A stretch of DNA of 64,000 nt from Batkoa obscura (GCA_030770535.1 JASVEC010000013.1:930001-994000); one strand, 5' to 3'; counted from the first letter of the stretch, positions 10,625 to 24,706 are shown. Notes: generated from the sequence alone by a model not told the origin. Translations and numbers: made by a program.

Positions 10625-12200
10625 ATGATTTTATATATTTTATTATCTACTATTCCTTTATTCTCCTACATTTATTTCAAGTTTCGGCCAAACAAAAATG
10701 TATCTCAATTACCAAGTGTGAGCACATTAATGATGTTGTATCATATATTACTTCGAACCTCCGGGCAGTTGAGAGATGAACTTTTAATGAGTCCTCCATT
10801 CTCAAAAAACCGATTCATAAGTGTGTTCCTAGGTCGATGGTTTATATTGGTAAAGGACATGGATACCATTAAAAAGATACTTCTCAATGACGAGACTTTT
10901 GTTAAGATTAAGCAGAATGAGATGATGAACGACTTTGGGTTAATAAGAGAAAACATTGCTGAAGTAGATAAAAAGGAGTGGAAATTGCATAAGAGAGTAG
11001 TTAATCCAGCGTTTAAAAGAGGATGGGATTTGAGCATTTTTATAACTGTAGCAAATAAAATTTGTGATAGAATCCAGAATGCTAGTGATCAAGAGATTGA
11101 GGTTATGCAAATTTTTAAAGCTGGTACCTTAGATAGTTTAGGATTAGCTGTGTTTAATATTAATTTTGATACTATCAGTAGTCAAGATAATGAGATGGCT
11201 TACTTATATAACAACCTCATCAATGAAATCTTAAACCCTTTGTTTTTTATGCTACCTTTTTTAAATTACTTTCCCTTTCCATCAAGAATGAAATTATATG
11301 ATGATACTGCTAAGTTTCGTAGCTATATAAAAGGATTGATTGATGATGAAAGAAAAAAATTGAGCGTATCTGGTAATAATGAAAAAGGTTCTAACCTGTT
11401 ATCATTAATGATACAATCTTCTGACAATGAATCTGAAGGACTTACTGATGAGTTGATTATAGTAATTACTGATTTTATTTTAATATAGCTCTTTTCTCAT
11501 TTTTTACATTTTAGAATAATGCCATCATATTTTTTATTGCTGGACATGATACAACTGCCCATACATTAACTTCAGCTATGTACTATTTAGCTAAATATCC
11601 AGTAATAAAAATTAATTAGCAGTAGTTATTATATTAATTAAAAAGTAGGAAATCCAATGTAAATTGAGACAAGAAATAAAAGATGTATTGGGACCAAAGG
11701 GCACGTTGAAAGACCCGAATTCGAATCAAGCTATTATAAATGAAGTTATTTATCTAGATGCCATAATTTATGAAACTTTGAGATCCATACCAGTAGTACC
11801 CATACTTAGTCGCAAACCAAATCGACCAGTTACCTTAGGAAGTAATCTAGTTGTGAATACTAATCAATCAATCATGCTACATGTAGGACTTGCAATGAAG
11901 GACCCAGCTTTATTTAAAAATCCAGAAGAATTTGAACCTGAACGTTTTTTAATAGTTGAAGATAATCAAACCAAAATCAACAAAAAAATGACCAACTTGT
12001 TACTTACTTTTGGTTATGGCGCTAGAATGTGTTTAGGCAATCAGTTTTCTTTATTAGAGCAGAAAGTGTTTTTGATAGCTTTGTTGCTCGAATTTAATAT
12101 CTCTTTACCTGAAAATTCACCACATCATGACTATCCTATTTTACCCCCCTTAGGCCTGTTCAGCCCCAAAGACCTAAAGGTCAAGTTCACTAAGGTCTGA
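10625..12200 (+). CDS. Cytochrome P450 (3 exons)
   Basis: N-terminal membrane anchor; introns about 11462-11514 and 11602-11648; motifs AGHDTTA, ETLR, PERF and heme-binding FGYGARMCLG. Confidence 0.95.
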
Positions 12201-12835
12201 GTGTATAATGTAAACCTTCGCCTCTATCTTCCTTTAAACAATTTCTATGAAGTACTTGAATAAATGGTTTAAAGCTATGATTTGTAAGCGACTTATTATC
12301 ATTTTATAATAATAAAAACATTTTTTTTAAAGTGCTGTCATTATTTAATACTTTTTGTTTAAACGCAAGCGGAAAGCGCTTTTTATATTTAGCTTCAATT
12401 TAATTAATAACATACTTTAAAAAATCAGCAACTTAAGAAGCTATTAGTTTCTTTTATTAGGTAGATATTCATGTGCTGAAACACTTAATTTTATAAGAAT
12501 AGCTATGTAATATTACATGATATCAATTTTTGCGAATTTGTTTGGTTTAGATATATAACTTAGTTCCCAAAACATATAGAGTTTAGTGAAAATTACTGAA
12601 GTTATATATTAAATGTAGTATTATAAACTTTAGTTCAATAACTATATTTTATACACCACAATCAGCAATGATAAAAAGCAGCAAAAACCAAAAAGATTCT
12701 AAATTATTGCAAAAAATAAGATTCAAATTGTGAATTTCTAATTAACTTTTTTCAACAAATTAGAAATGGCTTATTATTTTAGAAAAACGATTTAGTAAAA
12801 AATTCAATAGATGTTCTTTGATTTTTTACCTAAAA

Positions 12836-13987
12836 ATGTGTATGTACTCTCAATTTCAAAAATTTCAGTTTATGCTTAACTCTTTCTCAATTAGCTGACT
12901 CATCCCAAGGAAACGAAGATGGCCAAGTTAGATGTGTTTGTGAAAATAAGGGTAATGCTTTTGGTTTCGATTTTACTATCCTAAACCTAATGACGATTTA
13001 GCTTCTTACGTAAAATTCATTCAATGTGAAGAGTGCTTAGTTTGGCAACATATGAGATGTATGGGAGTTGATGAGAATAATGAGCCATCAATTTATTACT
13101 GCGAGTTTTGTTCACCAGAGAGTCATCAGGTAAATGAAAGAACTTCAGCAAGGTTTGAATTTAGTTTTAAAAAACGAGTAATAAATTAACTATTTTATAG
13201 AACATACAGGCCAGATAAAGCATACACTTTCAAAAATAAAAAAGCAGGATCAGATACTGAGTTTCCGGAATTTAAAAAGAGTAAAAAGTCAGAGTCTAAA
13301 GCTTCAAAAAATTTGAAGAAAGATAGTAAAGACGATATAAAACAAAATGAAGAAATGAACTCGCCACCAAAGTTTACTACACTTAGAGGGCGAAGGACAA
13401 ATAAGGTACCCTATAACCAAATAGCTGAAATCAAAGAAATCGAAAATGATTATAAGATAGAAAAACCACAACCTAAAACAACAGAACGTAACCTTATTTA
13501 TATCATGTAAATCAACACTAACTCTAAATTAGCTATAAAAAAGCCACAAAAGCGACAATACATAAAAAGAAAAGGTACAACGAACAACAATAAACCAAAA
13601 TTAGCGGCAGAAATAAAACCAGCATTAAGCCCAATCAAATTACTTTCTCCTATGAAAACACATTTAAATCAACCCATATCCCCTTCTTTTTTTAATGATA
13701 TAGAGTCTTTAATCATTCCTGAACCTATCCTACCCCCTTCTACTATAGCTGCACCACCCCTGATATCTAAACAGCCTTCACCGCCACCTAAACCTCGCTC
13801 TACCCATGGTAAGCTATCTATCAAAGAAGCTGTTAAAAGAGCCAATGCGATTCAAGGTTATATTGAAAGTTTTTTAGAAAGTCTAAACGATCATCCAAAT
13901 CCGGAAGGGGTGTTTCCAAATTCGATAGTGATGGCCGAGAAGCTACTATTGAATGTTAAAGAGTTTAAAGATAAATTTGATAATTAA
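12836..13987 (+). CDS. PHD-finger protein (BYE1/SET3-type N-terminal PHD), multi-exon
   Basis: Spliced translation gives VRCVC...FIQCEECLVWQHMRCMG...YYCEFC (C4HC3), with a Pro/Lys-rich tail ending at 13987. Confidence 0.8.
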
Positions 13988-14060
13988 AAAAAAGCAAGAA
14001 ATTAAATTGAGATTAAGATGTTTATTTGTTTTTAAAAGTTTAAATTAAATAAATTATTTA

Positions 14061-14993
14061 TTATGGTTGAGCTGTGAAACGAGGGTTACATATACCAGTA
14101 GAATACCTTGACCCATAAAAATAGGAAACAAGTCGGCCTGATAAGTTGGAGTGTAAAGTAAGAGTAAGTAGAGGATTGACTAGAACGATCAATATTAATA
14201 AGATCGATGATAACTCTTGTAACCAATCAGTAGGATCAGTATCTGGAATAGCAGTCCAAATAAAGTTGATGGTTTGGGGCAAGAGTAAAAAAGTATACAA
14301 CGATAATATAGTGATACTACGATACACGACAGAGAGTGAAACTTCAGATTTTGTTTGCTTTACATAAATTGGCTTATTGTTGATCATTGATGACGCCGAA
14401 GCAATACCAAAAAAGGAGATTGGGCGAATTTTTTTGTTGATTGAAACACTGATATGGATGTAACAAAAGACAATAATACATAAAACAACGATGTATACTG
14501 TTAAACTCAACATTTTTACAAAATTACCAAAGCTGCCATCTTCACTAATATGGTAAAATTCTTGACCATCAAATTGATATTCTCCTAAAATTGCTAGAGT
14601 GATACTCGAGATACTTATTATTGAACCCATCACAATAATTACAATTTTTATAAGTAACATATCCAAAGAATATTTAAAGCAAGCTTTTAGATACCTCTCA
14701 ATAGTGAATAAACCAACCAGAGTGACTGAAGTAAATATAAAAATAGTATAAAAAGCGCCAATGAATTGAGTTAGAGAATCAGTTGGTGGTTCATCGGCTA
14801 TAAGTAAATAAATGTAAAATATAACACTTACTATACTTATTATTAAATCATTGATCGAGTTTAAAGATACTATTCGTAAATTTAAAGTTAACTTTGGGCA
14901 ATTGTATAAAATAAATTGAATGATGAAGTTCGCTATAACTCCCAAGAGGGATATTATAATAAAGCATACATATAAGCCTACTTTATTTAACAT
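14061..14993 (-). CDS. Rhodopsin/class A-like 7TM GPCR
   Basis: Intronless 310-aa ORF with about 7 hydrophobic segments; TM1 GxxAN, TM2 D, TM3 IERY, TM7 NPLL. Confidence 0.82.
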   Translation of the reverse strand: MLNKVGLYVCFIIISLLGVIANFIIQFILYNCPKLTLNLRIVSLNSINDLIISIVSVIFYIYLLIADEPPTDSLTQFIGAFYTIFIFTSVTLVGLFTIERYLKACFKYSLDMLLIKIVIIVMGSIISISSITLAILGEYQFDGQEFYHISEDGSFGNFVKMLSLTVYIVVLCIIVFCYIHISVSINKKIRPISFFGIASASSMINNKPIYVKQTKSEVSLSVVYRSITILSLYTFLLLPQTINFIWTAIPDTDPTDWLQELSSILLILIVLVNPLLTLTLHSNLSGRLVSYFYGSRYSTGICNPRFTAQP

Positions 14994-16132
14994 GATATTT
15001 TATAAATAAATAAATAAAAAGGTAGAAAATGTATAAATAAATTTTGAGACATTTTGGTAGTTTATATACTAATTAGCTTTGTTTTTAAAGTATTAATATA
15101 TCTAAAATCATTAAATGAATTTGATTTTTTAATGCATTGTTTTAAGGTGTGCCACCATTTGAAAATAAATTTTAGAAAATTTAACCTTTTTTATGCTTAT
15201 TTTAATTATAGCTATTATAAGAGGTTCCTTTATTTTAATTTATTATTTTATCTGGAGCTTTTAATTTACGAAAATAGAACTAATTAGTTAAGTCGCCATG
15301 ATATAAATCGAGGTTCACGTATTTGCTACATTAATATATTGAATAGTTAATACATAAATAAAAGCTATTTGTATATTTTAGCCTTTATTTTTGACAAAAT
15401 CTCTTTATTTTGTGTAATTTCTCCAACTGAAACAAGCATAAATATGCCAGCTTAAAAAGTTGAACGCTACAGTCAAAAAATGCTTTGAATTATGGCTAAT
15501 TTTATTCACTTCAAATTTCAAATTAAATATTTGAAATTTCATCTCTCTTTTAATTAATTCATTAATTTTTATGAATACTTAATTTTAAAATATGTAAACA
15601 GTAAATATGGTAAGTCATTACTAAATATGCTATTGTTAAACAGTCATTATTTCACTCATTGTACTCATTTTAAAGTCATTAATACATATTTTCAATTATA
15701 TTAAAAAGCCACACACAGCTAACCAAACCGAAAAATGCTTTATCATCCTCTTAATCAATTGGCCTATATTGCTTTTTTCATGGTAATGACATTAACACAG
15801 ATGGTAAACCGGGGCTTCTTTTATATGTTTACAATTAAGTTGTATGCTATCTTGGCTTATAAAGACTAAATCCATTTTTGCAATATATCGGAATTTTTCA
15901 TCTAAGCGTTTATTCGTAAATAGCGACAGAATTAATGAACACATTCTAGGTCATAAGCAACCAGCGATTGGTGTCTATGTCTTTGTCCATGCTATAGTAT
16001 TAAAGTATCCCTCTTCTAAGAGTCAGACTTAACTGTATGAGTAAGGTCGGCATCAGAATTGATAAGTTGATTGATACGACCTTGATTTTAGTAAAAAAAT
16101 GCTTGTAAACTTGTTCAATTTTTTTTTGTTTA

Positions 16133-16300
16133 CAGGTATTTTGCAACCCTTTTGCAATTTTTTTTAGTGGTAAATTTTATAATCAAATTATTTATATAGT
16201 CAATTTTTTAAACCCTAATTCTTATATTTTAGCTAAATTTTAACATAATTTTTTTTCTTAAATGAGATGCTAAATTGTTGCAAAAGAGTTGCAACAGTTG
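16133..16300. mobile_element. MITE family B (CAGYTGTTGCAAC termini, TA flanks)
   Basis: TA-CAGGTATTTTGCAACCCTTTTGCAA...TTGCAAAAGAGTTGCAACAGTTG-TA. The interior resembles the reverse complement of 62241-62406. Confidence 0.55.
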
Positions 16301-16654
16301 TAAGTGTTTTGTAGTGTAAAAATAATTTTTTAAAATTTTATTAGGTTAAAATCTGCTTTATGGATGACATCATTCGCTAAAATTTAGCTTTTAGATTTGA
16401 ATATTTTGATAAAATTAGAACGAAAAAATTGGGAGTTTTAATTGCTTTTAAATTTATTTATTCTATGTATCATCTTTTTATACTGTTGTAATCACGATTT
16501 TCCCTTTAGTTATTTTGAAATTTTAAAATTTGATATAAATAAGATATTGCCCCAATACATTTTTTATAACCTTGCTATAATTCGGATAAAATGGCACAAC
16601 AAAAAAATTAATTCTTTGCATAAAAAATGAAAAATAAAAAAAGTGTTTTTTTAA

Positions 16655-18477
16655 ATGAATATTACATTCAAAACAATAACAGCTGAGCAGATTTTAAATG
16701 ATAAAAATAACAAGGCAAATAGGCAAAGCAGAGACAGGATAAAAATACGGAGTAAAGTGGATGAAATCAAATTTCGAATTGATCAGCTTGAGCAAATAGT
16801 TAAAAAATACATCATTTATTTTGAAGTTAATAAAGCGTGGCATTCGTTAGAGGTTAATCCGTTTAGAGGTAAATAGAAGAATAAGCGTTATAACAATAAT
16901 TTTCTTATTGATTGTGGTTAGATTATCTTACTTGGGTTTATGAAAAACTGAAAGAGGGTAGAAAGGAGAGTTTGGAAGTCGAAAATGAAAACTTAATTCA
17001 ACAAATCAGCAATTTTGAAACCTCTCTATTCAATTTCATTTCAAACATGAATAAAAATTATAACGAAAATAATACAGATAAAGGAAAGGATACCAGAATA
17101 GGCTTAAACTATGGCCAATTTTTCGAGAGAGGGGCTATAGTATTTTTAAGCGTGATAGATGTCTATAGTTTATGGTTACCAAAAGAAAGGGTCAACGGAA
17201 TAATGAGAAAAAAGAATCCATCGGTCCTTTCTTATACTTTTATCTCTATATTAGCCCGATTTACTATCGATCCAGAAGATCCTAATTATAATGAGTTATA
17301 TTTTAACAATATGAAAAAAGCCAGGAAGCTATTAACCCAAGCTTATGCAGCTCCAGAGTTAGATACAATCATAGCGTTAGGCTTTTTAGCTTATAACTGT
17401 ATAGCGTTGTTTGATTTTGATTTAGCAGTAAGCCATTATATTACAGCAGTAAGGATACTCCAAACGCTTGACTGTGAAGAAGGAGTGATAAGGTTCAGTA
17501 CTATAGATAAAAACGAGATAAAAAAATTGTGGAAAGGACTATCGTTGTTATTTTTGGTTTTGAAATTAAGTTCCCCAGACTTAAGTTCTAAGTTTTCTCC
17601 AGAAGTATTCGATATTAGAATGCCCCCTAGCTTACAACAAAACGATATTAGTGTCGATCATAAAGAGACCAATAACCTCCCTTATATTCGTAGAGCTGAA
17701 ATGCATACCACTACTCATGGACGTGTGTTTACAGAAGTATTCGTTAGCATCACTTCTCACATTCAAAAAATTAATATGGAATATGGTTGTAATTATAAGG
17801 CAGAAGATGTTCCAAGTGAAAAGTACAATTTATCAAAACACGAGTTTCAACAAGCATTAAACAAATTAAAATGGCTAGAAACTCAGTTTCCGATTGGAAA
17901 AGATATTGAACAGGCATTAGAAAAAACGGGAGTTGAAATTGAGTTTAAGGAGGACCTTATTACTCATTCACCATTTAAAAAGCAGTTGAAGTTTGTTATT
18001 GCAATTTTATATATATTTTTATATTACCCTCAATTACTTGGGTTTATTACTCCGGTTCATTTTAGTTATGATAAAATTCGAGTATTATATCGATCCGCGA
18101 ACATTATATTTATTTATTATTTTATGATGCATGGTAGTCGCTCAAATAACATATTAGATTTTAATAGTAACTATTATTTTGAAACAAAAGTACCACATCC
18201 ATTCCCCCACTTTTTACAGTCTATTTATCCTATCTTTGTTTATTTGAACATTCTAAATCAAGAGGATAGTAACCAAGAAATGAGTGCTCTATTTGAAGAT
18301 TGTAAAGCTAGAGTTCTAGCTTTGATTAATTTATTGTTTGAAGCTTCAAAGTTAAAATCTAGGATACAAAGGGCGGATTCAATACAAGCTTTAAGGTGGA
18401 TTGCCTATTCACTTCATAGGTTTGAACTATCCGAAGATGTCAAAAACAAGATATTAAGTTGCTTAATTCATATATAA
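16655..18477 (+). CDS. Fungal-specific transcription factor domain-like protein (2 exons)
   Basis: Intron about 16869-16921 joins two ORFs. Basic/coiled-coil N-terminus; LDTIIALGFLA...AVRILQTL...EIKKLW resembles the Fungal_trans middle homology region. Confidence 0.5.
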
Positions 18478-18606
18478 ATGTTATGGAGCTATAAAGTTAA
18501 ATTATTTCCTTACATCCTAATAAACCTTTCTAAAAATTAAAATTGATTACACTTTATTTAAGGGCCATTTACTATATTAAGAAAAAACCCTAAAGTTTTA
18601 CTGAGT

Positions 18607-19494
18607 TCACTGTCTTGCTTTTTTACAAAAGACCAATTTATAAAAATCTTTACTCAGGGTACTATGAAGCCCCAGTATAATCACGGGATTAATAATAAAA
18701 ATAAGAAAGATGGCGATAGCTCCGATTCGATCCAAGGCCTCTGGTTTTGATTTTGGGTCAATGGTGGACCACAAACTAGAGACCAAAAGAGGTACTAAGA
18801 CCAAATTATAAGCTAAAATAATCAAAATTGAACGGACAAATATCCAGGTAGTATTCCACTTATTTTCTTTTTTAATAGAATAGCTTAAAACATTGATGCT
18901 ATCTAGGTAGATTACAACATGGTTGTCAAAGTTGACCCGGGCTAATAATATCAATATCTTTATATAATAGTAAGTTATCAAAGGCAATAAGATTAATAAA
19001 ATTAAAGTCACCAATGCTTTATAAACTAAACCAAGCATTGAATTTTTGGCAATACAATATTCATTTGATAGAGCTAGAGCATACTCTTGATTATATACTA
19101 ACAGTATAGTTAAGACTACAACTGGGCATAATAGTAATGAAATAATAGCTAGTAGCTTGGTTTTGTTGATATTTTTCCCGTATTTTACTACATTATATCT
19201 TTCTATCGCTAAACTAGTTACTAATAAACATGATAGTATGATTGCCAATGGACTTAAGGAGCCTATCACTTGACAATAGAAATCAGTGTTAATCTTATCC
19301 CATATGTTTAGCAACGAGAATATCAAAAACAATAGTGAAGTTAATAAATCTACAACTGTGGTTATAGCTATTATTTTTAAGCTATATAATAGACGTCTGG
19401 GTTGATTTACTAACAACAGTATCACTAGTAAATTAGCTAGAATACTTGATGAGGAAATTATGATTATTGTTTTAGAGCCCTGTACTAACATCAC
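18607..19494 (-). CDS. Rhodopsin/class A-like 7TM GPCR, paralog of 14061-14993
   Basis: About 7 TM segments; CQ at the top of TM3, AIERY, ECL2 YC, and INPVII..LHS. Confidence 0.82.
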   Translation of the reverse strand: MMLVQGSKTIIIISSSSILANLLVILLLVNQPRRLLYSLKIIAITTVVDLLTSLLFLIFSLLNIWDKINTDFYCQVIGSLSPLAIILSCLLVTSLAIERYNVVKYGKNINKTKLLAIISLLLCPVVVLTILLVYNQEYALALSNEYCIAKNSMLGLVYKALVTLILLILLPLITYYYIKILILLARVNFDNHVVIYLDSINVLSYSIKKENKWNTTWIFVRSILIILAYNLVLVPLLVSSLWSTIDPKSKPEALDRIGAIAIFLIFIINPVIILGLHSTLSKDFYKLVFCKKARQ

Positions 19495-20159
19495 TTGAAC
19501 TTTATGAAAAATATATACAAATTACAGTTAAAAAAACAAAACACGATTATTTATTCTTTATTCTTATAACTTTCTTTTTTATACTATATAGCCAAGCTTA
19601 CTAAACTCAAATAAAATTTAAATTTAACCCAGCCTAAATTAAATTGTGCAGTAATAATGCCTTTGTTTTTTATTTTATTTTTGGGCTTCTATTAAGTTTC
19701 AGATCACTAAAATGAATAAAAATTTTACATTATGGTTTATTTTTAAGGTTATGAGATTAAATTATCATGTTTCCGCTTGTTTTGAATTTACCTTTATGCC
19801 AACGTATTGTTCCTTTTAAATTTCGGCTTTTTGTACATGTTTTTGATTTAATTTCTAGGATTATGTTTGTTATTAAACTATTTTTTTTGCTTAATTAAGG
19901 TAGAATGAATGTATATAAGACACGATACCAGCTAATATAAAAAATATTTAAGTTATAACTCTACTTATCTCGTAATATTGGTAAATCAGCATAATAACAC
20001 TATAACTTCATAAGTATTTAATGAATTTCTAATAACATTGGCTTTAATAGCATGTAATAGTTTTATTTAGAATAAAGTTTTTGAAGAATGGGTAAGAACT
20101 TTCAATAATAGTATGACACTTCATTTTATAACTAAAAAGTAGATTAGTAAACTGATAAA

Positions 20160-22360
20160 TAAAATTTTAGAGAGACCTACGTATTATTCAATAATTTATT
20201 TTGTAAAGTAAGAGGAATAGGATGGATGTGGATAAACTCAACAACTTCAAAACTAAAATAACTATAAAAAACCAGTAAAATTCAAAAGTGGTTACCTGAC
20301 AAGCTCTCTATCTTTATACATCCCTTCTAACCCATTTGATAACAAATGTCTTAATATACAATTTTTATATACCTGTTCCATAGTTAAGCTGAAATTATTT
20401 AGCTGCTTTTTTGCCCATCTTAAAAAATTGTTTTCTTCAGGTATAACTAAAGCTACCACATGATAATCAGTAGACTGAGCATATACGAAAGACTGTAAAA
20501 CTAAGTTATAATAATTAACAACTTTTTCTATTCTTTCGGGCAATACATGACAAGCTAAAAACTATTAATGTCTATAATTGAGAATCACATTATAAAACAC
20601 CGTTATCCAACTTATACATATAAGATTTTCCACCAATAATGTGTATTCTACCTTTCTCATCTATCATTCCAATATCTCCAATTAAAACCCATCATTAGTA
20701 AATGCTTTTTTGTGGCTTCATCATTTTTAAAATATCCTTGAAATACACAAAGGGTTTGAACACAAATTTTACTTTGTGGACTTGGTTTATCACTAACTAA
20801 ATACTCTCTCTGGTATATCAATTAATTTAAGCTGACATCAAAATAAGAGAGGAGTAAGAAATAAACTAATAATCAAAAATAAAGCTACTTATGTAAGGGC
20901 GGCCCAATGCTACCTGAACCAAGGCCTGATTTGTAGCTTATTGAAATAATTGATCCTTCTGTTATATCATAGTCTAAACCAATTCAATAATAGTTTACAT
21001 ATTAGTAATATACTAATATCTTCTATAACATCTGCCGACATGACTAACTTTACAGTTTTCAAGGTTTTCGATGATATAGGTGCAGCGGTAACCCCAAACA
21101 ATTGAACTTGACCACCAAAAAATGCTTTATATTTTTCAAACAAATGATTATACTTTTTAGATTTAACACCTAACCCATTTTCATAATCAACTGATTTATT
21201 CTGGATAGCTTCATTTAATAACTTAACATTGGAACCCTTAAGACTACAATCCCCATTTACCAACTTATAAATCATTCGTAATAATCTAGAGAATATCAAT
21301 AATGAAGTAGGTTGAAGGAATTGTACACCTTCAAGGCTAAAGGTAGCATTTCAATTGAACTCTATTTTACCTTGGCAGTAGATAATATACATCAAATTAA
21401 ATCTTTCATAAATATGAATTAAGGGTACATACGAATACGTAATAAAGTAATAAAGGGCTTTGACTCCCCGAAATTTCTTGTTTACTCGATAAGAAATCCA
21501 AATAGCTTAAATGAGTTGTAACTACCTCTTTAAGTGGACGAGTAATACCAGAAGTATATGTGATAACACAGGTAGAGTCTGGTTTAGGAGGGCTCGAATA
21601 AACGGGCTGTCTTTTCCTATAGCTTCTACTTTGTTAAAAGAAAACAGTATTACTTTATTGTTTTTTGTCCAATCTAACAAAATAGTTTCATCTTCTCCAT
21701 TACTAACTGGATTAATACAAATCAGTAGCTTAATCTGCTGTAAATTAACCTTATTTTCCCATAAAAACAACAACTTATAATAATTTAAGATAAGCGTTTC
21801 AATTTCTGGGTGATCAATAATATAGCCCAGCTTATCTTTTCCATACGCATCATATAACCCCACTATTGTATGGTTTCTAAAGCAAATTCCTAACTCAACA
21901 ATGATCTACTCGCCGCAGTTATTTGAATATATCGCTATTGTTTTTATTTCTTTACCCAAATACAAATTCTCGTTTTGAATAGGATGTTCAAGCCCACTCG
22001 AGAATTGAGACACTATAGCAAGTACCTATTGATAAGTTAAAAACGAATATCCACCCAATTTATCCCCAGGCTTATGTTGAGTACCAAGGAATCCTTCATC
22101 TGATGCTTCCTCACAAGCTAGTTTAGTTGTGAGAATTAGATAACGAAATAAAATCAAGCCTAGTCACCTTTTATGAATAAATCATATACCGTATTTGCTA
22201 CGTTTTCTCTCTTTGCTAAAATTTTGGTGGCATCAGCATTCACATGAACTCCCACACCGAAGACCATAAGAGCTAACTTTATTTAGTATGATGTTTTGTT
22301 ACCCGTTTGTCCTGAATTTTTTGAATTTGTTAATTTGTAGCTAGGTTTTCCAAATACCAT
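20160..22360 (-). pseudogene. Long-chain acyl-CoA synthetase pseudogene (3' limit approximate)
   Basis: Fragments GLYDAYG..YIIDHPEI, YTSG (frameshifted near 21590), FGGQV, GDIG.IDEKG and PERIE..Y, with several stops and frameshifts. Confidence 0.8.
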
Positions 22361-24706
22361 TATTAGTTTTTTTAAACCTTTTGTTTTACTCATCTTTGTT
22401 TATGTACATTTACATCTCTATAAGTTACTTAATGTTTTTTCATAACCTTTAAAGCCGTTTATAAATTGAGAAACTATCTATTTTCATATTTTCATATTTT
22501 CTATTAAGGACAATTTAGTGGGAAACCGAATTCAATCTAAATCCTAAGCTTAATTTTATAAAACTCTGATTTTTAAGTTGACTTTGCAACTTTCTTACCT
22601 TCTGATTAATTCATGTGTCACTATTTGGCTACTTCCAATGTATCATCTTATGAACCATATGTAAATATTGTTTGACATTATATATATTATAATATTCTGA
22701 ATTCATCCTTTTCCAAGCATCTGTACATTTAAATTTATACTGGAGTAGACATAAGTGAGTGCATTTGTATACTTGGCTGATTAATATTTTTCTGATTTCA
22801 TCTTTATAAAGACAGACTAAAAAATGAAACAAAAGGAATAGTCATATAATAAAAATAGCATAAAAGATAAATTATATGTTGCTCTAATATTTATCTGCAG
22901 TATTTAGCAGATTTTTATTAGCTCTCCTATTTTTGTTAAGGAAAGTGTGACATTATTATTTAAAATCAAGTTAGCTTTGATAAAATTTAAAAGCCAAATT
23001 CAACTTAATGCTTGACTTGTTTTTAGAAAAAATTCTATTTCTAGACTAACCTTCAAAATGATCCAACCAAACTTGCTTTTAAGGGTGACACACTTTTATA
23101 AGAATAAGTGTAATTTTTTCACCCTTATCCTAAAGAGAAAAGTGTTTATTTTATATAAACATAGTTTATGGTTTTTTGTTTTATATAGTTTAAAAATAAA
23201 CCGATATTATTAATATATACAGTAAATAAAAACCAGCCTTCTGATATTTAGATAAATATTAATACTAGCTAATCCCTAATTTTAACCTGACATCTAATCA
23301 ACTCCCAACTAACTATTGACCAGTATCATATATACTTTTATGTTTTTTTCTTATTCTTAGTATAAATTATTTTTTGATTTACATTATAAGTTGTTTATAA
23401 CAATAATATTGAATTGAACATATTTTTAAAATTGATCCGCAATTTTTATATTTGTTTGTATTTAATTAAGTTGATATCAGAATTCTTTTAAGAGTAAAAA
23501 TCTGAGTTTTATACAAATAATAAAAATATACGACTTTAACGTTTCTATCACCTTAAATGTTGAAGTTAACATATAGTAAAGTTACCAAAGCAAGCATAAT
23601 GATATGTGAAGTATTTAGTAATAGAATTTATAAATAAACGTTTAATAACATTGAATAAAAAAATCATTAGACACAACCGCTTTTTATAATGCTTTTTAAA
23701 GAGACATATCTATAATAAAAATAAATATAAAAAGATGAGGATTTGTGTAATAACTATATATTATTAAAATAGCACTATGCTTTTCTTATACCAATAATAA
23801 TATAGAACATTTAAACTATTAACTTTAAACTATTAACTTTAAACTAAAAATGATGTTTAAATAGACTCTAAAATCTATTTTTTAACTAAACTTTATTTTT
23901 TTCAATTTTATATCAATTTATTTTAACTTTATGATAAATAAATATTTTTAAATGACATCATTCAAATATCGACTTTAAGCATCTAAAACATTTTACTATT
24001 TTGTTATTTTACTTTATTAATTTTTAATTGTTTTTCATTAAATTTTCTAGAATATACTTTTTATTGAAGTTTATTAAATTTCTAATTGTAAATTTTTTAC
24101 TTATAAAATATTTTTTGTGGAGATTAATTTAACCTGACACGCTCAATGATTAAAAATTAGAAGTTATACAAGTATGTATAATACTTTTCACTAACATTGT
24201 TACTTTTATTGTATGTACTGACTTAGATAATAGTAAATAATTTTTTTAATAGTTTTTGATTTTGTATTAGTTAACAACTTTTTCAAAAAAGAGTGTAATA
24301 TTTTGTTCAGCTACCATTGTAGCTAACCTTATTATTATATATCATTTTAAATACTAACGATATGCATAGTCGAGACAGAATTATTCATGCTAGTTTTTAT
24401 ATTTGTTATAGCTATAGGTACTGATGTAGTTAATGAAATTTCATAAAAAGTGCTACTGGCCTGTAGCAAATTTTGAGTTACTAATAGTAATACTAGAAGT
24501 AAATTTTTACTATTAAAATTTCTTTATTCATTGAATAAAGTGACATAACATTGCTTTGACTTATTAAAATTCGAAATAATGTTATTCTAGATATTCTTAT
24601 AAATTACAGCCATAAATATAAATAAACCTCAAATGAGTAATAATAACATCATAAAATAGTTTTAAATACCATTCAAGTTTAGCAATTCAAGTTTAAATTA
24701 AATTTA

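Noticed and set aside
16044..16083. Hairpin AAGGTCGGCATCA...TGATACGACCTT
   Set aside because: Single short imperfect palindrome; no second copy or RNA family recognised.
14061..19494. GPCRs as type II opsins
   Set aside because: Neither has the retinal-binding Lys in TM7.
22940..23100. Weak inverted termini AAAGTGTG...CACACTTT
   Set aside because: Match too short and mismatched in AT-rich DNA.
24060..24600. Possible decayed membrane-protein/GPCR relic (FCSATIVANL)
   Set aside because: Too degenerate to support without an alignment.
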